Position numbers and translations under genes: made by a program. Below, piece after piece: positions 1 through 9,865 of a DNA stretch of 64,000 nucleotides. Location of the stretch: contig JBBARP010000005.1 in the NCBI GenBank assembly GCA_040399745.1, positions 118,048-182,047 on the forward strand, given 5' to 3'. Numbering within the stretch: the first letter of the stretch is position 1; each line of letters opens with the position of its first letter. Under the pieces are notes generated by a model, which made no database searches, was not told the DNA's origin, and saw nothing but the letters and a program-made list of their open reading frames with translations. This stretch comes from Bdellovibrionia bacterium (GTDB lineage Bacteria > Bdellovibrionota > UBA1018).

Positions 1-1480
1 AGGCGCGGACACCAACGGCGGCGCGCATGGATCGAGTGCTTCAACCGGACCGAGCACGCTTCTTTTGACCGGACCGAACACGGGCGGAAAAACGGTTTTC
101 CTAAAAACACTGGGACTCGCGGGCCTTTGCGCGCGAACCGGTTTTCAATTTCCGGCCGAGTCACCTGCGACGGTTCCGTACTTTGATCAATTCTTTGCGG
201 ACGTTGGTGATTCGCAAAGTATCGAGCGGCACCTCTCGAGTTTCTCGGGTCATGTGCTTCGCTTCCGCCAGATTCTGGAAAACCTGACCTCACGAAGCCT
301 AGTGCTACTCGACGAATTGAACTCGGCAACCGACCCCGAAGAAGGGGCCGCACTCGGTCGCGCTTTCTTAGAGACGTTGATGAGCCGAGGCGCCTTGGTC
401 GTGGCCACCACCCACGATCCGCAACTGAAAGCGCTTTCCCTTTCCGAGCCACGCATCTTGAGCGTCAGTATGGCGTTTGACGAAGGCTCACGCATGCCGA
501 CCTACCGGATGCTCTTTGGTGTTCCCGGAAGATCGCGCGCGCTCGAAACGGCCGCACGCCTAGGCCTCCCCCGCGATGTGTTGGCTTTGGCCGAAAAATA
601 CCTGTCGCGCGAGCACCAAGTTTTGGAGCGAACGCTTCAGCGATTAGAGAACGAACTTTCTCAAGCGGAAGAGTCGCGTCGCGAAGCCGACTCCCTTCGC
701 GATGAAGCCAGACGCTTGCAACAAGAGTGGACCGCCAGGAGCCAGATCAAATCGGCGCAGATTCTCGATCAAGCGCAGATGAAGATCCGGAAAATTCTGG
801 AGCAAGCTCAAGAAGAAGTGCGCGCATCCCTGCGACGCCTCGATGAACTGAAAAGCCGGAAGGAAGCGGATGAAGCGCGCGCTTCGATTTCTGGCGCGCT
901 CCGAGAGGCCGGGCAAGCCGTCACGGAAACTCTCGACGCGGAAGCCCCAGGCACGATTCCAAAAGCACCCGAGCCGAAGCCGGGAAGCCTAGAAGCGCTC
1001 CAAGTGGGCGACTGGGTGAAGGTTCCGAAGTGGCGCTCGAATGGTCAGATTCTTGCGCTCTCGGGCAAGAACGTGAAAGTGGCGCTGGGCTCGATCAGCA
1101 TGAGCCTGACCTTGTCAGATCTTCAGCCACTGGATGCAGCTGACGCAAAACGCTTGAACCAGCAATCGCGCCGCGGTTCTGGCGGAGGCAAATCAAGCCA
1201 GGGCGGTGGCGCGGGCAGTGAGGCTTACGCGCCTGAATCGCAAATTGATCTTCGTGGCCTCAGGCTTGAAGAGGCCTTGAGCCAGCTTCAAACTTACTTG
1301 GATCTGTCCTACCGAAGCGGTGCGCTTGCGGAAGTGGTGATCGTGCACGGACTGGGCACCGGCGCCATTCGCGAAGCGACGCGAAAACTGCTGAAGAAGC
1401 TGCCTTACGTTCGCGACTATCGCGACGGCGGCCAAGGCCGCGGCGGCGCAGGCGCAACGGTCGTGGAGTTTGAGCGGTAG
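1..1480 (+). CDS. mutS2: Endonuclease MutS2, C-terminal portion (5' partial): MutS ATPase domain and Smr domain
   Basis: The reading frame is open from base 2. Walker A LLLTGPNTGGKT and MutS motif DELNSATDPEEG are present. A coiled-coil linker precedes a C-terminal Smr domain (IDLRGLRLEEA...VIVHGLGTGAIR). Confidence 0.85.
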   Translation, partial: GADTNGGAHGSSASTGPSTLLLTGPNTGGKTVFLKTLGLAGLCARTGFQFPAESPATVPYFDQFFADVGDSQSIERHLSSFSGHVLRFRQILENLTSRSLVLLDELNSATDPEEGAALGRAFLETLMSRGALVVATTHDPQLKALSLSEPRILSVSMAFDEGSRMPTYRMLFGVPGRSRALETAARLGLPRDVLALAEKYLSREHQVLERTLQRLENELSQAEESRREADSLRDEARRLQQEWTARSQIKSAQILDQAQMKIRKILEQAQEEVRASLRRLDELKSRKEADEARASISGALREAGQAVTETLDAEAPGTIPKAPEPKPGSLEALQVGDWVKVPKWRSNGQILALSGKNVKVALGSISMSLTLSDLQPLDAADAKRLNQQSRRGSGGGKSSQGGGAGSEAYAPESQIDLRGLRLEEALSQLQTYLDLSYRSGALAEVVIVHGLGTGAIREATRKLLKKLPYVRDYRDGGQGRGGAGATVVEFER

Positions 1481-1548
1481 GAAAGTCAGAGCCCTCTGTT
1501 CTGAATTTCAAAACAGAGAGCTCGTCCGACTCTTAGGAATGTAGTCGC

Positions 1549-1965
1549 TTAGGCCAACTCTTCATCTAAATCCTCTACCGACTCTCGCGGCTTCAAAAGA
1601 GCAACCAGCGGCCCCATCACGGCCGCGGCCACGCACAGGTAAAAACCGGATGTTGCGATCGCTCGCAGGTTTCCGTTGGTGAAAAACAAAAGGAGAGGAA
1701 TTGCTCCTGCAGGGATAGCATTCAGCATTCCCACCCAACGACCCACGTCGACCCGTCCAACAAAAAATAGAAACACAGAAAATGCTCCAAGCACCGGAGC
1801 CAAATAGATGAGGTTGGCCATGCCCCCCAACAACGAAATCGCCTGAAAAAGATTCGGGGAAAACGCAAAAAGATCGCCCCAGGGCAAAAACGCACTCACT
1901 GCGACCATTAACTGCGCAACGAACATCGGATCCTTAAGTAGACTCAGATTCATTTCCTTCTTCAT
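1549..1965 (-). CDS. Hypothetical multi-pass membrane protein
   Basis: 138-aa ORF with 4 hydrophobic segments. I recognise no family. Confidence 0.4.
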   Translation of the reverse strand: MKKEMNLSLLKDPMFVAQLMVAVSAFLPWGDLFAFSPNLFQAISLLGGMANLIYLAPVLGAFSVFLFFVGRVDVGRWVGMLNAIPAGAIPLLLFFTNGNLRAIATSGFYLCVAAAVMGPLVALLKPRESVEDLDEELA

Positions 1966-2151
1966 TACTTTCCCCTCTCTGATTTGAGATTTTTTTCATG
2001 ACACTTCCAAATCAGAAAAAAATCGCGCTCCATCTAAAGTCGCTTGGAATTTGAACCCCATTTCAGATCCGGTTCTCGGACCCCACGCGGCCACAATTGT
2101 GGGAACGCGCAGAATCTCCTGAGGAAGCTCCGACTTCCTGTGTGTCTAATC

Positions 2152-2193
2152 AGACGAAGAAAGACCGAGGTCTTTTTTCGTCTTTTTGATTTT
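2152..2193 (+). terminator. Intrinsic terminator-like hairpin: ~14-bp stem, 3-nt loop and T-tract, with no upstream plus-strand gene
   Basis: agacgaagaaagacc-gag-gtcttttttcgtct is followed by ttttgatttt. It lies in the 290-bp leader before the DUF898 gene. Confidence 0.5.
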
Positions 2194-2256
2194 GAACCGA
2201 CGCAGACGGCAGGCGTCGCAACACCTCAAAACCGCTTCAAAACAGGAGAAATGCAC

Positions 2257-2577
2257 ATGAACCATTCCCAGACATTCTCGTTCGACGGAGGCGCGCTGGA
2301 CTACTTCGCCGCGCGAATGATTTCGATCGTGCTGACAATCATGACGCTCGGCCTGGCACTGCCGTGGAGTGTCTGCATCATGGAAAGTTGGCGCGCCAAG
2401 CACACCATCCTAAATGGTCAGCGCCTCAACTTTCGAGGCACCGGTCTTCAACTTTTCGGCCAGTACCTAAAATGGTGGTTCCTTTGTTTAGTTACGTTCG
2501 GACTCTATATCTTCTGGCTGTCGCCCAAGATCACTCAGTGGACCACCCAAAACACCGAACTGGGCGCAAGGGCCTGA
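2257..2577 (+). CDS. DUF898/YjgN-family small membrane protein
   Basis: MNHSQTFSFDGG...ISIVLTIMTLGLALPW...ILNGQRLNFRGTG matches the DUF898 repeat unit. It has two TM segments. Confidence 0.5.
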   Translation: MNHSQTFSFDGGALDYFAARMISIVLTIMTLGLALPWSVCIMESWRAKHTILNGQRLNFRGTGLQLFGQYLKWWFLCLVTFGLYIFWLSPKITQWTTQNTELGARA

Positions 2578-2581
2578 ACCG

Positions 2582-2896
2582 ATGAAAGACAAATCCACCG
2601 CCGCAATACTGGCGTTCTTCACCGGAGGCTTAGGCCTTCAGTGGTTTTACCTCCAAAGACCCCTTTACGGAATGATCTGCATTCCGTTCGGCTTTATCGG
2701 TATCTCGGTCGTCGCTGGATGGGTTCACTGCGTTCTTCTCTTAAGATTGTCCGAGAAGAAGTTTCTCCAAACCTACGACCCTGATCGTTTCCAAAGGATC
2801 CGACTCGATCGCTTAGAGAAACTCCACGACCTGAAAGCCAAGGGAGTGATCGGAGCGGAAGAGTTCGAAATGTCCACTCGTGAGTGGGCCACCTAA
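2582..2896 (+). CDS. TM2-domain membrane protein with a C-terminal SHOCT-like short helix motif
   Basis: The N-terminus AILAFFTGGLGLQWFYLQRP is TM2/NINE-like. The C-terminus LEKLHDLKAKGVIGAEEFE is SHOCT-like. Confidence 0.5.
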   Translation: MKDKSTAAILAFFTGGLGLQWFYLQRPLYGMICIPFGFIGISVVAGWVHCVLLLRLSEKKFLQTYDPDRFQRIRLDRLEKLHDLKAKGVIGAEEFEMSTREWAT

Positions 2897-2904
2897 ACCA
2901 TAAA

Positions 2905-2945
2905 AAAAGCCCAGGGTCCTCTCTTTGAAGGGGCCCTGGGCTCAT
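2905..2945 (-). terminator. Rho-independent terminator for the minus-strand gene 2977..3408
   Basis: gcccagggtcc...ggccctgggc hairpin with an A7 tract on the plus strand, which is T7 downstream on the minus strand. Confidence 0.6.
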
Positions 2946-2976
2946 GAATTCGACGATCGTTTCGCCGAATCAAAAA

Positions 2977-3408
2977 TCAGATGCAGCTGATTGCGGTCGG
3001 AGCTGCGTAGGTGCCGTCGGCTTTTGCAGCCAAGTCCACAGCCTGGGTCACAGCGTCGGCATTCAGAGCGCCGTAGATGTGCGGGTAGGTGCCCGAGGAG
3101 CTGGTCTCGAGTTTGATTTCCGGCTTCACTTTGCTCTTGTCGATGCAAAGGACCTGAACGCCGGTTTTACCTTTCCAGTATTTATTGGCGACATATTCCA
3201 CTTGGGCACTGCTGCCTTGAGCGTCGACGTAACCCGTCTTCGCGAAGCGCTCGCCTTGGAACGAGCCTGCTTTTTTAGCAGTGCTCCAGGCTTGGGCGTC
3301 CACGATCGAGAAGATCGTGTTCTTGCCAGCGGTGCAGCAGGGGTTCGCTGCAGCAAACGAAACCGAGGGAATCAAAGACACAACGAGGGCCAAAATGAGT
3401 TTTTGCAT
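2977..3408 (-). CDS. Secreted hypothetical protein with a signal peptide
   Basis: N-terminal signal MQKLILALVVSLIPSVSFAAA on a 143-aa ORF with a terminator downstream. Confidence 0.5.
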   Translation of the reverse strand: MQKLILALVVSLIPSVSFAAANPCCTAGKNTIFSIVDAQAWSTAKKAGSFQGERFAKTGYVDAQGSSAQVEYVANKYWKGKTGVQVLCIDKSKVKPEIKLETSSSGTYPHIYGALNADAVTQAVDLAAKADGTYAAPTAISCI

Positions 3409-3553
3409 GGGCCTGAATTACCGACTCAGGCCGCAACGCGTCAATTCAGAATCGAAGCCCTCACCCCGGCCCCCTCAAACCTGACAAAACCCTAACCCTA
3501 TCCTGATGTTTTTCTTGCCAATAAGGGACTTCATCTGATCAGAGAGGTCCCCT

Positions 3554-4204
3554 ATGAGTCAGCGTGGCGCGTCGCGTCTTTCGTTTATTCTGCACCTGCT
3601 TTGCGGCGCTGTCCTTTTGGCCGTAGCGCCCGCTCTGCAGCCCCTTCGCGCTTCAGCACCCCTGGAACTGGTTGAACTCCAAGGCGAGCGCTTCGTGCTG
3701 GACCTTCGCTACGCCACCCCGGACAACTTCCTCAAATCGGCGGTTTATCAAAGATTTCAACTGGATCGCTGCTGGGTGACTCCACAACTGAAGGCCCGCC
3801 TTTTGAACCTGGTGCCTGAGCTTCAGAAACGAAAACTCAAGGTCGTGCTTTACGACTGCTTCCGCCCGGTCGAGGTTCAACAGGCCATGTGGAAGCTCGT
3901 GCCGGATCCGCGCTATGTGGCCGACCCGAAGGTGGGCTCAAACCACAACCGAGGGGTCGCAGTCGATCTGGCACTTGCGGACGAAAGCGGAACGGTCCTG
4001 CCCTTCCCCACCGCGTTTGACGATTTCACCGAGAAGGCGGCCCACGGCGCGCCCTGCGAAGCCTCGAATACGGAAGCTTGCCGAAACCGCGAGTTCCTCA
4101 AGACCCTCATGGCTAGCGTTGGAATTGAATCATTCGCCACCGAATGGTGGCACTACCAACTCAGCGGCGCTGCCCAGTACCCGATTGCGCGGCTGAAGCG
4201 GTAA
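3554..4204 (+). CDS. ddpX: D-alanyl-D-alanine dipeptidase, peptidase M15 family (VanX/DdpX-like), with signal peptide
   Basis: Motifs LRYATPDNF, SNHNRGVAVDL and EWWHY are characteristic of VanX-family Zn dipeptidases. Confidence 0.75.
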   Translation: MSQRGASRLSFILHLLCGAVLLAVAPALQPLRASAPLELVELQGERFVLDLRYATPDNFLKSAVYQRFQLDRCWVTPQLKARLLNLVPELQKRKLKVVLYDCFRPVEVQQAMWKLVPDPRYVADPKVGSNHNRGVAVDLALADESGTVLPFPTAFDDFTEKAAHGAPCEASNTEACRNREFLKTLMASVGIESFATEWWHYQLSGAAQYPIARLKR

Positions 4205-4688
4205 GCAGGGCTAGCTGAAACTTTTTGTGGGTTTCAGCGCTCGCGACCAAACTCAGGGACAAAGAAGCTGAGACAGGGTGCGCAAGCGTCGCAGATGCCG
4301 AGAGGGTTGGCGAAGTCCCCGCAGTGTCATGCTTGAAATAAACCCAGACGAACTTACTGCCTGGATCCAAACTGGCGGTAGTGATCGCGGTTAAACAAGC
4401 GGGCCCGTCATAAAATAGCCCTAAATCCGCACTCAGGTTGATGCTGGTCGATTCAGCATCCGAAGCAACGGTTTCGATCCCTTGCGTATCTTTCAGGGCA
4501 ATTCGGATGGGGATACATTGCCCCGCAAAGCCCGAAGACGAAGCACTCGTCATGACCAACTGGGTGGCCTCACCACCCATTGCCGACTCGTCCAACAGAC
4601 GAATCGGATCGCTGCCCGAGCAGCCAGAAAGTAAGCCAATCAAGAGAAGGACCGAGGACCCCGGAGTGTATTTTTCAGAGGACCGCAT
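4161..4688 (-). CDS. Putative lipoprotein
   Basis: An internal start gives MRSSEKYTPGSSVLLLIGLLSGCSG, which contains a lipobox. The protein is Ser/Thr/Ala-rich. Confidence 0.4.
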   Translation of the reverse strand: MRSSEKYTPGSSVLLLIGLLSGCSGSDPIRLLDESAMGGEATQLVMTSASSSGFAGQCIPIRIALKDTQGIETVASDAESTSINLSADLGLFYDGPACLTAITTASLDPGSKFVWVYFKHDTAGTSPTLSASATLAHPVSASLSLSLVASAETHKKFQLALLTASAAQSGTGQRR

Positions 4689-4699
4689 CCTTGGTTTCC

Positions 4700-6037
4700 T
4701 CAGTAGATTTTGTGGGTCGCGTGAAGAACGCCGCTCCACCAACAAAAAGAAATGGAATGGTAGCGACCATCCGGGGTCTGAGTCAGCGAATCGAGCTCAC
4801 ACCCCTGACTAGCCGTAGCAGGATGCGCGTCGATCAGATTTCGCAGAGCCCCTTCGTCTCGCAAGACCCAAAGTCCTGCTTGAGTTCCCTGAATGTAGGC
4901 GCGACCCCCAATCAGGACGTTATCGTCGCGATCGACGAACACGGTGGTCATATGCGGCCACGTGGGAAAATGATGAAACAAAGTTGCTTGTCCAGTCTTG
5001 GGGTCAAACTTTCGAACCACCCCGTCCCAGGTTCCACCCACCGCGGCGGGGCAGTTTCCGCCGTAATAGACAGTGCCCGCGCTATCGATCCCCAGATTGG
5101 TCGAATTGGAGGCATGAAATGAGCAGCCACTCGATACGCTCGGATTCAACTTATATTGATCGTGAACCTGCCAAGTCGCGCCGTCATTGACCGTGCTACG
5201 AAGTGTGATGTACCCGCCCGAGAGGCCAACCACATAGAGCCTTCCACTGGGATCGAACATCACCTGCTTTGCAGTCGCACCTAAACCCACCGCGGGGCGA
5301 TGATCATCGATCGTGGTCCAGGTCACAGCATCCACGGAGCGACGAACGATCCAGTGATCGCCCGTGGCATCCAGTGTGGTTCCAACTACGTAGATGGCGC
5401 CGCTTGCATCGAAAGCCACCCCGTACACAGTCCCGTTGACCCAATCATCAATCAGGACATTCCAGGTCTGGCCGCCATCACTGCTTCTTTGCAAAACCCC
5501 ACGGCGAATATCTTGGGAATCGATCCCGTACCCCATCGCATAGACTCGATCTTGAGAATCTACTGCAACCGTATAAGGAATAGCCCCCTTCCCTGCCTGA
5601 TATTGATAGGCCAAGACCGTCGAGTAGCTTTCTGTCGAAGCAGTGTATTTTGCCACTGCCCAGGTACGACCTCCGGCCGTGGCGTTTGACTCCGCGGCGA
5701 AATAAACGTTCCCTTGGGAATCGGAAGCAATCGAGTGCGGGTAATTCCAGGTCGAGGTTTGGTAGCGATACATCAGGCCTGTCACCGGGGTGCGGACCTG
5801 GAAGTTCGCTACGGCCTCTAACCCCGTCACGCTTGAAAGTCGAACCGTGACGTTCTCGTCCAAAACTGGTGCCACAAAGAGCCCTGACTGAGAATCAATT
5901 TGCGCGAGGCTCGACGATACCGAAAACAACCGCGTCTCGAGGGGCAGCACTTCGGGAGTCGCCGAGAAAGAGAAGGTCTCACCTGGAGCGAGCAATCCCC
6001 CTTTCGGAGAAAGAACTAGCTCAGTAGGAATCACCAC
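4700..6037 (-). CDS. BNR/Asp-box repeat beta-propeller protein (sialidase-like fold)
   Basis: Asp-box repeats are repeated: SSDGGQTW, VNDGATW, SxDxGxxW. The track start is GTG. An in-frame signal-peptide-like sequence lies upstream without a canonical start. Confidence 0.6.
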   Translation of the reverse strand: MVIPTELVLSPKGGLLAPGETFSFSATPEVLPLETRLFSVSSSLAQIDSQSGLFVAPVLDENVTVRLSSVTGLEAVANFQVRTPVTGLMYRYQTSTWNYPHSIASDSQGNVYFAAESNATAGGRTWAVAKYTASTESYSTVLAYQYQAGKGAIPYTVAVDSQDRVYAMGYGIDSQDIRRGVLQRSSDGGQTWNVLIDDWVNGTVYGVAFDASGAIYVVGTTLDATGDHWIVRRSVDAVTWTTIDDHRPAVGLGATAKQVMFDPSGRLYVVGLSGGYITLRSTVNDGATWQVHDQYKLNPSVSSGCSFHASNSTNLGIDSAGTVYYGGNCPAAVGGTWDGVVRKFDPKTGQATLFHHFPTWPHMTTVFVDRDDNVLIGGRAYIQGTQAGLWVLRDEGALRNLIDAHPATASQGCELDSLTQTPDGRYHSISFCWWSGVLHATHKIY

Positions 6038-6246
6038 TGAGGACCATGGAGTCAGACCGTCGCCCGAACAGGAATAGAAGAGGACCGAGAGCAGAATCGC
6101 TCCGAGAGTCTTTCGAGCAGTCTGATAAAACGGACGTGGTTCTCCGATATTGCCCCCGACTTCCTTAGTCTATTGGGGCGCTCGCCGCTTCGGGATGTGT
6201 CAAATAGGACAGCAAAGTGTCCCATTCGACGCATTGTGGAACTCGA

Positions 6247-6783
6247 ATGACTCAACCAAACTGGAGGAGAACTTTTATTCAGGGGGATTGGATCGTGAAA
6301 ACTCGAACTGCTTTTTGGGCGATGGCTTTGGCGTGGAGCACACCCAGTTTTGCGGCGACTGCGGTCGAGCTAGTCGCACCTGAACCAGCTGGATCGATCG
6401 AATACTGCCAAACCGTCTGGCAAGTGAACGGGCGCTGCGATTTCAATCCCGGCCCCAGAACTGTCACGAATCCTTTCGGTGAGTACTACACCTGTAACGC
6501 CGAGAGCGGTCAGGTGCTAGCCACCAAAGCTGCGATCTGCTCCATCTCCTACGGCATCAAGCCAGATCCCTTGAACGATACGCGATCCCAAGCAGATTCG
6601 TTCTGCGCGACCCAGCGACCGTCCACTATGACGGATACCCAATTGGTCAAAAACTATTTGAACAAGATCAAGTGCACTTTCAAGTCGAGCCAAGAAATGG
6701 GCCCGGCTGCCGAAGGTAGCTTCCGATGCGTTCCGGCGAGTTACGTGAAAGACCCGAATCTGACAGGAAAAAAGTGTCAGTAA
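6247..6783 (+). CDS. Small Cys-rich secreted protein
   Basis: Signal peptide AFWAMALAWSTPSFA followed by about 10 Cys in the mature region. Confidence 0.45.
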   Translation: MTQPNWRRTFIQGDWIVKTRTAFWAMALAWSTPSFAATAVELVAPEPAGSIEYCQTVWQVNGRCDFNPGPRTVTNPFGEYYTCNAESGQVLATKAAICSISYGIKPDPLNDTRSQADSFCATQRPSTMTDTQLVKNYLNKIKCTFKSSQEMGPAAEGSFRCVPASYVKDPNLTGKKCQ

Positions 6784-6802
6784 AGCGCCAGGGCTGAATC
6801 GG

Positions 6803-7720
6803 TCAAAACCGCTGACCAAACACCAAGCGTAGGCTTTCCTCGCCGAATCTTCCCGATTCGATCGGTCGACTGGAATCCATCACGATTTTCCAGCTTTCCG
6901 AAAGCTCTTTTGCAACCGATGCACTGACGGTCTGACTGCTTCTTCCGTACATCAGACCTGTGTAAATTCCTAAATCCGAGATTCCCCGATTCAGGCCAAA
7001 GCGCATGCGTTCGACCCGTTGCGAAGGCTCCAAGAACGGCTGACGCCTTTCTTCTTCCAACGACATGGGGGCAAAGTTGAACTCCAAAGATGAGTTCACG
7101 ACCGGAGTCGACAGGTTGAGTAATCCCTGTTGGCGCGGACCAAAAGCACGCGCGGTCATCGCAACATCTGAGCTCAGGTGAAGACTGACTGGATACCCGT
7201 AATAAAACCCTACTCCGGCCATGAGATAAGTCATCGGTCGGCGAACTGCCTGAAGAGACGGCTCGTTTTCCGCTGCAACCCGCATTCGACGAGCGCGCTT
7301 CTGGAATTCTTTTCGCTGAGCTTGAGCGACGACGCCTTGCGAGAAACTTCGAACCTGCTGATGGTGGCTTCGTTCTTCTTCCAAAGTGGCTAAGCCGTAC
7401 TGCGAGCGTTGTTCGAAGGTGCGGAATAAGTCGTCGTACCGCTGCCGAAGCTCAGCCGATTCCTGCTCCTCGAGAAGCTCACCCTCTCGTTGGGAGTCCA
7501 CCCCCCGCGTTCGGTTCCTGAGATAGGACTCATTCGGAGCCTGGCGGGCAGGTTCGCGCTTCAACCATTCCGGCGCCAAGACGCCCAAAAGGCCCGCGCG
7601 CTCGGAACTCACCCGGAAACTCGACTCAGCGGCCTGAAGCGAGCCACTCCAGCCTGAAAGGAGAAGCGTGCTGCCAGCGAGCACTGAAGCGGTTCTGAAA
7701 AATGACAGCCAATGGCGCAT
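6803..7720 (-). CDS. Secreted or outer-membrane hypothetical protein
   Basis: Signal peptide MRHWLSFFRTASVLAGSTLLLSGWS and a C-terminal ...VFGQRF with an aromatic terminus typical of OMPs. Confidence 0.45.
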   Translation of the reverse strand: MRHWLSFFRTASVLAGSTLLLSGWSGSLQAAESSFRVSSERAGLLGVLAPEWLKREPARQAPNESYLRNRTRGVDSQREGELLEEQESAELRQRYDDLFRTFEQRSQYGLATLEEERSHHQQVRSFSQGVVAQAQRKEFQKRARRMRVAAENEPSLQAVRRPMTYLMAGVGFYYGYPVSLHLSSDVAMTARAFGPRQQGLLNLSTPVVNSSLEFNFAPMSLEEERRQPFLEPSQRVERMRFGLNRGISDLGIYTGLMYGRSSQTVSASVAKELSESWKIVMDSSRPIESGRFGEESLRLVFGQRF

Positions 7721-7838
7721 GGACCCCCTCCTTCACCAGAGAGGGGAGCAACGACCGTACCAAGCCAGAAGCTGAGAATTTCCCTTTTAAATCAACACCC
7801 TAAATCAACTCTGACCTGGCTGGTGTCAATGCGGGTGT

Positions 7839-8540
7839 CTAAAAATTGAGCAGGATGAAGACAAACCAAAGGGCGAAACCGGAAACGACCGGAATCGAGA
7901 AATTGTCGTCCACTTCGAGCGGCATCAGTTCTGCCGTTCCGCCGGCCAAACCGCCGAGCAGAGTCAGCAAGTTCACTTGATGTTCCGGGAGGCCTTGCGA
8001 GCGAAGGAACAGGAAGCTGACGCCCATGCAGGCCAGAATGCCCGCCGAAGTTCCAATCAAGGATTTCCCGTTCGGCATGCGAAGGCTCTTCTTGCCCCAC
8101 AGAATCCCAAACAGGGAAGCAACCGGATCGCCCACGGCTAGATAAAGGATGCTCAGGGCAGCGATCATTTTCGGAAAAATAGCGACCGCAAGCAGGCACG
8201 AAGCCAAGTAAAACGGGATGCCGCTCAAGCGGTCCACTTCACTGGTCCGCATCAAAGGACCCCAGATTCGAACGATTTTCTCGTTCAAAACTCGGCTTTT
8301 CAGGCGCGCGGTCTCCATCAGAAGGGAGCAACCCAAAAGCGATCCCAAGATTTGAACGGCGACCGGGCGGGACAAATTCAGCCCCAAGAAGATCGTGACA
8401 ACGACCAGACCCATGCTCATGTGCCAGAGCTTGCGCACGAGATGGAGATCGTTTCGGAGAGCCAGCCGTCCTCCCGACCCTACGGCCGGGAAAATCTGGC
8501 TCAGTTTGGAACCCGCGATTCGTCTCATTGGAGTCATCAT
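7839..8540 (-). CDS. Polytopic membrane protein, possibly of the phosphatidate cytidylyltransferase/dolichol-kinase-like (CTP-transferase) family
   Basis: 6-7 TM segments. The C-terminal GTSAGILA...GGLAGGTAEL resembles the CdsA/DGK1-like family. The assignment is tentative. Confidence 0.35.
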   Translation of the reverse strand: MMTPMRRIAGSKLSQIFPAVGSGGRLALRNDLHLVRKLWHMSMGLVVVTIFLGLNLSRPVAVQILGSLLGCSLLMETARLKSRVLNEKIVRIWGPLMRTSEVDRLSGIPFYLASCLLAVAIFPKMIAALSILYLAVGDPVASLFGILWGKKSLRMPNGKSLIGTSAGILACMGVSFLFLRSQGLPEHQVNLLTLLGGLAGGTAELMPLEVDDNFSIPVVSGFALWFVFILLNF

Positions 8541-8814
8541 TCAGCAAAGGGCGCGCCAACTTGGGCCAGCGCGTCGCTTTCTTTGTTAGTTTTTTGTTAG
8601 CGTTTAGTCAAGAATTTCAACTACTTCAAGTTCATCAAATTTTTACCCCTCAGCCCCTCGCTCCAACCGGGTAGTTCACTACGCAAAAACCACCCCGGAG
8701 TGCGAAAAGTCTTTCGCAGTTTGCGGGCTTTCGGGCCCCCTCCCGTTCACTCAGACAACCCTAGGAAACTTTTGCCGAATTGAATTATTTCAAGCAGATG
8801 CCGATCCTAGAAGT

Positions 8815-9852
8815 ATGGAGAGTTCCCTCAAAAACCATCTGGATTCCCTTGCCGCGGCGGCGCTGAACGAGCCCAAGCCCGAAGGCGACAGCCAGAACCC
8901 CTTTAGCCTGCTTCGTCCCGCTTCGGGCGGTCGAGTGAAGCAGATCTGGGCGGTGGGCGGCGGTAAAGGCGGCATCGGTAAGAGCCTTCTGGCTGCTAAC
9001 CTCGCCATCACCCTAGCTCGAACCGGCAACAAAGTGGTCGCAGTCGATCTGGACTTAGGCGGCGCCAACCTTCACACGGCCATCGGGGTCGAGCTTCCCG
9101 CTCAGACCCTGAGCGACTTCTTCGCTGACCGTACTCCCAGCATTCAAGACTGCGCCGTCAATACAGGCATCCCGAACCTCCAGCTCATTTCCGGCGCACA
9201 AGACAGCGTCGGCGTGGCTGACCTGAACCACGAAATGAAGATGAAGCTTCTCGAGAAGCTCCGCTCGCTCGACGCAGACTACCTGATGCTGGACCTCGGC
9301 GCTGGAACCGGCTTCAACACGCTCGACTTCTTCCTCTATGCCGACGTGGGCTTGATCACCCTTCTGCCCGAACCCACGTCCATCGAGAACGCTTACCGTT
9401 TTATCAAGAGCGCCTATTACCGGCGCCTTCACCTTTCGAAGCACCTTTCGTCGGTTCGGCACCTCATCGACGCCGCGATGGACGCAAAAAATCCGCAGGG
9501 AATCAAATCGCCGTCCGATTTGTTCCGGGAAGTGAACAACTTCTCCCCCGAAATGGGCCGCCGCCTGAAAGAAGAGATCGAAAAGTTTCGTCCCAAGCTG
9601 GTCATTAACCAGGCGCGCACGCAGATCGATATCGACATCGGCTTCTCGGTGAAGAGCGTCTGCAAAAAGTACTTCGGCTTGGAAATGGATTACGTGGGAT
9701 ACCTGGACTACGACAGCGCGGTCTGGCAATCTGTTCGCCGAAAGCGCCCACTCATTGCCGAGTTCCCGAATTCCAAGCTGGTTTCCAGCATGGAGCGCAT
9801 CGTGCAGTACTTGGTGAAGCGCAACTCGCACCTTAAATCTGAACTCTACTGA
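8815..9852 (+). CDS. MinD/ParA-family P-loop ATPase with a deviant Walker A
   Basis: AVGGGKGGIGKS deviant Walker A and LDLDLGGANL Walker A'/switch regions. It carries a ~45-aa N-terminal extension. Confidence 0.7.
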   Translation: MESSLKNHLDSLAAAALNEPKPEGDSQNPFSLLRPASGGRVKQIWAVGGGKGGIGKSLLAANLAITLARTGNKVVAVDLDLGGANLHTAIGVELPAQTLSDFFADRTPSIQDCAVNTGIPNLQLISGAQDSVGVADLNHEMKMKLLEKLRSLDADYLMLDLGAGTGFNTLDFFLYADVGLITLLPEPTSIENAYRFIKSAYYRRLHLSKHLSSVRHLIDAAMDAKNPQGIKSPSDLFREVNNFSPEMGRRLKEEIEKFRPKLVINQARTQIDIDIGFSVKSVCKKYFGLEMDYVGYLDYDSAVWQSVRRKRPLIAEFPNSKLVSSMERIVQYLVKRNSHLKSELY

Positions 9853-9865
9853 GAACTGATTCCCG

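Noticed and set aside
1481-1548. Hairpin ctctgtt...aacagag after mutS2
   Set aside because: It has a 7-bp stem but no T-tract on either strand, so it is too weak to call a terminator.
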